This document shows, piece by piece, positions 58,146-64,000 of a stretch of 64,000 bases of DNA. The stretch is taken from assembly GCA_015055505.1 (NCBI GenBank), contig SVIB01000001.1, positions 6,563 to 70,562 on the forward strand, given 5' to 3'. The position numbers and the translations under genes were made by a program. The stretch's first letter is position 1, and each line of letters opens with the position of its first letter. The stretch is from Clostridiales bacterium (GTDB lineage: Bacteria > Bacillota > Clostridia > Christensenellales > Borkfalkiaceae). Below the pieces are notes generated by a model, which saw only the letters and a list, made by a program, of their open reading frames with translations, was not told the DNA's origin and searched no databases.

Positions 58146-58580
58146 ATGGGAAAGATTATACTTTTATTTGTTACGGGAGTTTCCGCCGGTGTTTTGGGCG
58201 GAATGGGTATGGGCGGTGGCGCAATTTTAATTCCTATGCTCACCGTGTTTTTTGCGGTAGACCAAATAAACGCTCAGGCGATAAATTTAGTTGCCTTTAT
58301 ACCTATGGCAATAGTATCGCTTATAATTCACGTGAAAAACGGTAGAGTTGAAAAGAAGGGACTGCTTTGGATAATAATTCCCGCGGGGTGCTGTTCTTTG
58401 TGCGGAAGTTTGCTTGCTTTAGCGGTTAAAGGAAGTTTTTTAAAGAGATGTTTCGGCGCTTTTTTAATTTTACTGTCGGTATTTCAGTTTTTTTCTAATA
58501 AAATACTTGAATTACTGCAAAAAAAGAAAAGCAATACGAAGAAGGGTGAAAGCGGGGAAAAAATTGCAAAGAAATTTTAA
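58146..58580 (+). CDS. TauE/SafE (TSUP) family half-transporter, part 2
   Basis: It has 4 TM segments and a GMGGGAILIPML motif. It starts 2 nt after the upstream TGA, or at the overlapping TTG at 58140. Confidence 0.7.
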   Translation: MGKIILLFVTGVSAGVLGGMGMGGGAILIPMLTVFFAVDQINAQAINLVAFIPMAIVSLIIHVKNGRVEKKGLLWIIIPAGCCSLCGSLLALAVKGSFLKRCFGAFLILLSVFQFFSNKILELLQKKKSNTKKGESGEKIAKKF

Positions 58581-58587
58581 AAACGCC

Positions 58588-58616
58588 TTGAAAAATAAAA
58601 AAAGACAATGTATAAT
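58588..58616 (+). promoter_or_regulatory. sigma-A promoter
   Basis: It reads TTGAAA, a 17-nt spacer, then TGTATAAT (extended -10). Confidence 0.55.
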
Positions 58617-58633
58617 ATGTTATGTAATAACAT
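58617..58633. promoter_or_regulatory. palindromic candidate operator at the transcription start
   Basis: The sequence ATGTTAT-gta-ATAACAT directly abuts the -10 box. Confidence 0.35.
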
Positions 58634-58826
58634 AGGCGTGAAAAAAGATTTAAAAAATAGGTGTTTTTGGCGTAAAAATTCCTTTGCAAAAAGCAAATTG
58701 CACAATAAAGATAGAAGATTGCACAAAAACCTTTTTTAGACCTTTTCAAAATTGAAAAACCGTGATATAATAACGGCGTTATAAAATGAAATTCTATGCA
58801 AAAAATTATAGCGAGAGGAATAAGAA

Positions 58827-60341
58827 TTGGAAAAGATAGGAATTATTGATTTAGGCTCGAATACTGCAAGACTCGTAATTGTTGAACTTTTAGGCGACGG
58901 ACATTTTATCGTAGTTGATCAACTTAAAGAAAGCGTAAGACTTGGAAAGGACATGGAAAGGGATGGCTTTTTAAAGCCACAAAGAATAACCGAAACATTA
59001 AAAACTCTCCGTATGTTTAGAAAACTTTGCGACGCATACGGAATTGAAAAGATAATAGCGGTAGCAACCGCTGCCGTAAGACGCGCTAAAAACCAAAGAA
59101 GTTTCTTAGAGGAAGTTGCAACGACTTGCGGTATAAAACTCCGCGTTTTATCCGCTGAAGAAGAGGCAATGTACGTCTATAAGGGCGTTATCAACACTAT
59201 GGATATTCCAAAAGGAATAATTTTTGAAATAGGTGGCGGTAGCACTAAGATAGTAAGATACAATAGAAAGAATCTTTTAAACTATGAAACTCTTCCCTTT
59301 GGCGCGGTAACTTTAACCGAACTTTTTGCGAGCGACGGATTAACTCCCGAAGAGCAAGCGTCTAAGATTGAAGAATTCTTCACCGAGCAGTTAAAGAGAA
59401 TTGAGTGGCTTAAAGATATAGACCCTGAAACCCAACTTATTGGTGTAGGCGGATCTTGCAGAAGTCTTTGTAAGATTAGCAAGATGATGAGAAAGAGCCC
59501 TCTTAATACTATACATAATTACCGCATAAACGGCGAAGAATTTGACAATATCTACAATATGCTTAAAGGTCTTGACCTTGATAAAAAGAAGAGAATTAAA
59601 GGTGTTTCTTCTGCAAGAGCAGATATTTTACCCTCTGCGCTTGCCGCAATTAACAGTTTTATCAAGTATATGAACTTTAACGAAATGGTAATTTCGGGTT
59701 GCGGGCTTAGAGAGGGTATTATGTTTAATTACGCAATGCCGTCTACGATTGAAAAGCCTATTACCGACGTTTTAACTTACAGTCTTAATACTTTAGTTAA
59801 ATATTATAACTGCAACGTAAAACACGTTGAACACGTAGTTAATCTTTCAGTTCAACTTTTCAAACAACTCCGTGTGCTCCATAAATTCCCAAGACAGTAT
59901 CTTAAAATATTAAAGGTAGTAGCAATGCTCCACGACGCAGGTACGTCTATTAGGTATTACGACTATCAAAAACATACCGCGTACATAATACAAAATGCAA
60001 GCATTTACGGTATGACCAATAGGGAAATCGTTATGGCGTCACTCGTTGCGTCAGTCCACAAAGGCGACGATTTTTCAATGAGCGAACTTGCCCGTTATAA
60101 AGCCTTTATCGGCGAAGAGGACGTCGATTCTATTAGAAAACTCGGTATTATGCTTAGAATTGCGGAGAGTTTAGATAGAAGTATGTCGTCTTGCGTACAA
60201 ACTATAAACTGTGACGTTTTAGGCGATTCGGTAATTATGAAAACCGAAGTTGACGGCGACGCGTCGCTTGAAATTAAAGATGCTTTATCGGCGTCGTTTG
60301 ACTTTAGAAGAATATTTAGAAAAAATCTCGAAATTCTTTAA
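58827..60341 (+). CDS. ppx: Ppx/GppA family phosphatase (exopolyphosphatase) with a C-terminal HD-like domain
   Basis: It has an IIDLGSNTARLVI N-terminus and an EIGGGSTK motif. The start is TTG with a GAGAGGA RBS. Confidence 0.85.
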   Translation: MEKIGIIDLGSNTARLVIVELLGDGHFIVVDQLKESVRLGKDMERDGFLKPQRITETLKTLRMFRKLCDAYGIEKIIAVATAAVRRAKNQRSFLEEVATTCGIKLRVLSAEEEAMYVYKGVINTMDIPKGIIFEIGGGSTKIVRYNRKNLLNYETLPFGAVTLTELFASDGLTPEEQASKIEEFFTEQLKRIEWLKDIDPETQLIGVGGSCRSLCKISKMMRKSPLNTIHNYRINGEEFDNIYNMLKGLDLDKKKRIKGVSSARADILPSALAAINSFIKYMNFNEMVISGCGLREGIMFNYAMPSTIEKPITDVLTYSLNTLVKYYNCNVKHVEHVVNLSVQLFKQLRVLHKFPRQYLKILKVVAMLHDAGTSIRYYDYQKHTAYIIQNASIYGMTNREIVMASLVASVHKGDDFSMSELARYKAFIGEEDVDSIRKLGIMLRIAESLDRSMSSCVQTINCDVLGDSVIMKTEVDGDASLEIKDALSASFDFRRIFRKNLEIL

Positions 60342-60349
60342 AAGTTAGC

Positions 60350-60363
60350 CTATAAGTCGATTA
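60350..60363 (+). repeat. dispersed motif, exact copy
   Basis: The sequence is ctataagtcgatta. It lies 8 nt after the ppx stop and upstream of the terminator. Confidence 0.9.
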
Positions 60364-60385
60364 TTTAACGAAAATAATTATAAAA

Positions 60386-60418
60386 GAGAGAGGAAAACCG
60401 TTTCCTCACTCTTTTTTT
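60386..60418 (+). terminator. rho-independent terminator
   Basis: The stem is GAGAGAGGAAA/TTTCCTCACTC, followed by T6. Confidence 0.75.
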
Positions 60419-60514
60419 GCGCTTAAAACAAGGTGACGGCAACGGCGACAAAATATCCTCAAAAAGAACAAAAGTACCTTAAATACGCTATTTGCAGTTT
60501 GGTATAATTTGCTT

Positions 60515-61336
60515 ATGGTCGTCTATTTGGAATGGGTTTTTCTTGACAACTTCATAATAGACTTTTTGCTCGTTTTAATTACTCGAAAGGCGCTAAAATT
60601 AAGAATAAGTAAATTACGCATAGCGCTGTCGGCTTTTTTCGGGGCAACCGTAGCCTTAATAATTCCGTTTTTAAAACTTTCAACGGCGGTAACTTTTCTT
60701 TTAAAAATGCCGATAGGACTTTTAATCGTTTTGATAAGCGGAAAATTTAGGGGGATAAAGGAGTTTATATATTGTTTTTATTTGTTCTTGTTTTTTACTT
60801 TTTTGTTCGGTGGAGGAGTAACGGCTATTTTTTGGGGGTTAAACTTAAATTTCAACCCGCTAAACTATACCGTAGAAAGCGAAATTCCTCTTTTTGTAAG
60901 TGTTTTAACGGCAGTCGGGGTATATCTTCTATGCAAAAAGACGATAAATAGAATTTACAGGAGAAAAACGCTGTTAAATTTCGTGTATAAATGTCAGTTT
61001 TCATTGGGTGGCGAAGATTTTGAATTTTTGGGCTTTTTAGATAGCGGAAACAGTTTGTTTTACGGAGCGGACTACTGTCCTATCGTCGTTTGTGGAAAAA
61101 ACGCCGTTTTAAAATTGCAAAAGACGGGCGCATTAGAAAATACCAAAAAAGATATCGTATTCGTCAATACTGTTGGCGGAAAAACGCTTATTTCTGTTTA
61201 TAAAACTCAAAAATTTTTGATATATAACGGGCTTATCCCGAATATATTATATAACGTAATGATTGGCGTGCCTGAAAAATTTGTCGATTTTAAAGAATAC
61301 GATATTTTATTAGGTTCGTCTATGGTGGGTGGTTGA
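60515..61336 (+). CDS. spoIIGA: sigma-E processing peptidase SpoIIGA
   Basis: It has a polytopic N-terminus, a C-terminal aspartic protease region ([10 protein letters not shown]), and lies upstream of sigE. I prefer the ATG at 60515 over the TTG at 60509. Confidence 0.85.
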   Translation: MVVYLEWVFLDNFIIDFLLVLITRKALKLRISKLRIALSAFFGATVALIIPFLKLSTAVTFLLKMPIGLLIVLISGKFRGIKEFIYCFYLFLFFTFLFGGGVTAIFWGLNLNFNPLNYTVESEIPLFVSVLTAVGVYLLCKKTINRIYRRKTLLNFVYKCQFSLGGEDFEFLGFLDSGNSLFYGADYCPIVVCGKNAVLKLQKTGALENTKKDIVFVNTVGGKTLISVYKTQKFLIYNGLIPNILYNVMIGVPEKFVDFKEYDILLGSSMVGG

Positions 61337-61337
61337 T

Positions 61338-62039
61338 ATGTTTGATTTATTGATAAAAGTGCTAAAAAAGGTTTTCGTTCAAGAAGAAAACAGCGTACAT
61401 TACCTTTCGGGAACTGAGGCTCTTCCACGTCCTTTTACCCAAGACGAAGAACAAGAACTCTTGTCAAGACTTGAGGGCGACGGCGAAAGCGTCCGTCAAA
61501 GCCTTATAGAGCATAATCTACGCCTCGTAGTGTATATTGCAAGAAAGTTTGATAATACGGGCGTTGAACTCGACGACCTCGTTTCGGTCGGCACGATAGG
61601 TCTTATTAAAGCGGTAAAAACCTTTAATACGGGAAAAAATATAAAACTTGCAACCTACGCCTCTCGCTGTATAGAAAACGAGATTTTAATGTATCTAAGA
61701 AGAATAGTCAAGATAAAGGGAGAGGTGTCTTTAGACGAGCCGTTAAACGTTGATTACGAAGGGAACGAGTTACTGCTTTCGGATATATTGGGAACTGAAA
61801 GCGACGTGGTTTACAAGGATATTGAACTTGGCGTAGAAAAGGAGATGCTACGTCAGGCAATAGAAAAACTTTCGCCGAGAGAAAAGCAAATAATGAGTTT
61901 AAGATTCGGTTTAAACGGTGAGGATGAATTAACCCAAAAAGAAGTTGCCGACCTGTTGGGTATATCGCAAAGTTACATATCAAGGCTTGAAAAAAAGATT
62001 GTTTTAAGATTAAGAAAAGAATTTATGAAACTTGCTTAA
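61338..62039 (+). CDS. sigE: RNA polymerase sporulation sigma factor SigE (pro-sigma-E)
   Basis: It has a pro-sequence followed by [21 protein letters not shown], plus regions 2 and 4. The ATG follows a GGTGGGTGG RBS, and a GTG at 61329 is an alternative start. Confidence 0.92.
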   Translation: MFDLLIKVLKKVFVQEENSVHYLSGTEALPRPFTQDEEQELLSRLEGDGESVRQSLIEHNLRLVVYIARKFDNTGVELDDLVSVGTIGLIKAVKTFNTGKNIKLATYASRCIENEILMYLRRIVKIKGEVSLDEPLNVDYEGNELLLSDILGTESDVVYKDIELGVEKEMLRQAIEKLSPREKQIMSLRFGLNGEDELTQKEVADLLGISQSYISRLEKKIVLRLRKEFMKLA

Positions 62040-62047
62040 AACATAAA

Positions 62048-62061
62048 TAATCGACTTATAG
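62048..62061 (-). repeat. dispersed motif, exact copy
   Basis: The sequence is taatcgacttatag, 8 nt after the sigE stop. Confidence 0.9.
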
Positions 62062-62142
62062 ATAGGCTTTTTATATAAAACACATAAAACAACGCAAATT
62101 CTACATACTTTTTTCGGGTACATACTTTCAAAGGAGGTAATT

Positions 62143-62913
62143 ATGCGGAAAGTAGAAATTTGCGGTATAGACACTTCAAGGCTTACAAAACTTACACACA
62201 AAGAAAGCGAAGAGTTGCTCTTTAAAATTAAGGAAGGCGACAAAAGTGCGAGAGACACCTTTACGGTTGCAAATATAAGACTTGTACTGTCGATAATAAA
62301 AAGATTTCCTCACTCTAAGGTTTCTGCCGAGGATATGTTTCAAGCGGGAATGATAGGGCTTATTAAATCGGTTAAAAATTTTGATTTATCAATAGGAGTT
62401 AGGTTTTCAACTTACGCCGTACCAATGATATTAGGGGAAGTAAAGAGGGTAATACGCGCACAAAACAGTTTAAGAGTTTCAAGAAGTATTCGAGATACGG
62501 CGTATAAAGTGTTACAGGCAAGAAGTGAGATAGAAGCGGAAAAGGACGATACCGCAACTATGGGAGAAATTGCCCAAAGACTCCAAATTGCTGAAAAGGA
62601 AGTGGTTTACGCGTTAGACGCAATATCCGATCCCGTTTCGCTGTACGACCCAGTATATAACAAAAACGGCGACGCCTTACTTTTAATGGATCAAATAGGC
62701 GACGAAAAAAACACGGATGAGAAATGGACGGAGAACGTTGCTCTTGAAAGTGCGCTGAAAAGACTGGACGAAAGGGAAAAGAAGATAATTTATATGAGGT
62801 ATTACGAGGGGAAAACCCAAACTGAAATATCTAAAGAAATAGGGCTTTCACAAGCCCAAGTTTCTCGTCTTGAAAAGACGGCGCTTTTGTCGGTCAAGAA
62901 TAAAATGGCATAA
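62143..62913 (+). CDS. sigG: RNA polymerase sporulation sigma factor SigG
   Basis: It has KVEICGIDTSRL and FSTYAVPMILGEVKR, and sits in the canonical spoIIGA-sigE-sigG order. Confidence 0.9.
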   Translation: MRKVEICGIDTSRLTKLTHKESEELLFKIKEGDKSARDTFTVANIRLVLSIIKRFPHSKVSAEDMFQAGMIGLIKSVKNFDLSIGVRFSTYAVPMILGEVKRVIRAQNSLRVSRSIRDTAYKVLQARSEIEAEKDDTATMGEIAQRLQIAEKEVVYALDAISDPVSLYDPVYNKNGDALLLMDQIGDEKNTDEKWTENVALESALKRLDEREKKIIYMRYYEGKTQTEISKEIGLSQAQVSRLEKTALLSVKNKMA

Positions 62914-62915
62914 AA

Positions 62916-62959
62916 GACGGGCTATAAGTCGGTTAATCGACTTATAGCCCGTCTTTTTT
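62916..62959 (+). terminator. rho-independent terminator built from an inverted pair of the dispersed motif
   Basis: A perfect 16-bp stem GACGGGCTATAAGTCG/CGACTTATAGCCCGTC has loop GTTAAT and is followed by T6. The motif copies are at 62922-62935 (+, 1 mismatch) and 62934-62947 (-, exact). Confidence 0.85.
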
Positions 62960-63191
62960 GAGTCGTGTTTCCTAAAAAATTGGTCGATTGCTACGGCAAC
63001 CTCTACGGACTACAAGAAGAAAATTTGCTTACAAATTAAAATGTTTTATGACAAAATATCTTATATAAACTACAAAAAAGCACAAAATTTGATAAAATTG
63101 TAAAAATTTATTGACTTGATAAATATTAAAGTATATTAAATTATTATATGCGCGCGATATACGTGCGCAAGCGCAAAAAGGAGAAAGCGTA

Positions 63192-63869
63192 ATGTTGCCA
63201 TGGATTTTAATGCTTATAGCAAGTATAGTTTTTTTCGTTGCTATTGTGGCGATTATCTTGCCTCGTATGACTTTAAAAGGGAGTTATGCAGACCAACCGT
63301 TAAACGATAGGGGTATAAAAAAAGAAAATATAAACGGTGAATGGTCTTTTGTTTTTGAACCGGAATTAAAAACGAGAAAATTTATAAAACAATACGCTTT
63401 GATAAAAAGTAAAACTGATAAATACGCCGTTTTAAATTTTGTAGACGACTTAAATTATATCAATTACGATATAGTCGTTTACGGAAAGGAAAACCGAGTG
63501 CTTACCGTTATTAATGTAAAAGAAAGGGTTAAAGTAACGCGAGTCAGTGAAAAGATTGCTCTTCCAACGGAAACGGCGTACGTAACTATTCTTGTAAACG
63601 AGGCTGACGATAAAACCTTTGACAACGTCGTTATCAACAGACCTAAAGGAAAGATTGTTGGACTGTACTTTTTGTTGAGCACAATAGCAATTTTTATTGA
63701 GAGTTTTTGTGTTAAAATTTGTTTGTCGTTTATATTTGCAGGTGTGTTTAGAGAGAGTTATTTGTTAGACTCGTACGGGAATTACGTAACTATGGGTTTG
63801 GCGGTTATTATTTCCGTAATTCACGTACTAATAACCTTAATTTCAGTAAGAAAAAGGAAAAATCATTAA
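63192..63869 (+). CDS. hypothetical membrane protein
   Basis: It has an N-terminal TM segment, a soluble middle part and C-terminal TM segments, with a GGAGAAAG RBS. I recognise no family. Confidence 0.5.
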   Translation: MLPWILMLIASIVFFVAIVAIILPRMTLKGSYADQPLNDRGIKKENINGEWSFVFEPELKTRKFIKQYALIKSKTDKYAVLNFVDDLNYINYDIVVYGKENRVLTVINVKERVKVTRVSEKIALPTETAYVTILVNEADDKTFDNVVINRPKGKIVGLYFLLSTIAIFIESFCVKICLSFIFAGVFRESYLLDSYGNYVTMGLAVIISVIHVLITLISVRKRKNH

Positions 63870-63884
63870 AAGAGGAAAGTTATA

Positions 63885-64000
63885 ATGGCTCTTAAAATAT
63901 TATCAAAAGGAAAATATGCGGAAAATCAATCGAGTTTACCGATAACCGTAAAACAGTATATATTTGCCGACAAAGACGGTAAAAAACAACTGTATTTAAG
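63885..64000 (+). CDS. hypothetical protein (3' end outside the window)
   Basis: The ATG follows AGAGGAAAG, and the frame stays open to the window edge (MALKILSKGKYAENQSSLPITVKQYIFADKDGKKQLYL). Confidence 0.4.
   Translation, partial: MALKILSKGKYAENQSSLPITVKQYIFADKDGKKQLYL

Noticed and set aside
1-64000. I searched for mobile elements, prophage genes, CRISPR arrays, toxin-antitoxin pairs and defence islands.
   Set aside because: No transposase, integrase, recombinase, phage structural gene, cas gene or restriction-modification gene is recognisable. Gene content and synteny are those of a conserved core region.

Overview
This is an AT-rich core-chromosome window from a low-GC Firmicute. It looks Clostridia-like and endospore-forming, since it carries spoIIID, spoIIGA-sigE-sigG, yaaT and an orphan Spo0A C-domain gene. 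Nearly everything is housekeeping and mostly on the + strand. The content is pheS-pheT, thyA-folA, tRNA-Val and tRNA-Gly, alr, aspS and the complete S10-spc-alpha ribosomal supercluster (rpsJ to rplQ, including secY-adk-map-infA-rpmJ-rpoA). It continues with greA, tmk-holB-yaaT, a clostridial ferredoxin, rsmI, an amino-acid ABC transporter, a cobalamin riboswitch with a putative B12-uptake gene pair, ppx and the sporulation sigma cluster. I see no transposase, integrase, prophage, CRISPR array or recognisable defence genes, so no novel protein-encoded system can be supported here. The unexplained structure is non-coding. (1) A dispersed 14-nt motif CTATAAGTYGATTA has 8 exact and 8 one-mismatch copies, mostly just after stop codons, and once as an inverted pair that forms the sigG terminator. 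(2) A gene-free region of about 740 bp upstream of the S10 operon is built from paralogous hairpin-rich modules that differ by compensatory base-pair changes, which suggests ncRNAs. (3) A stand-alone Spo0A_C gene is followed by a 47-bp tandem repeat whose core AGTCGAA resembles the 0A box. Lesser oddities are a carbamoyltransferase-fold protein with degenerate catalytic motifs, ribosomal proteins with extensions, two very large single-pass membrane proteins, a split TauE/SafE transporter and an ABC ATPase with an insertion.
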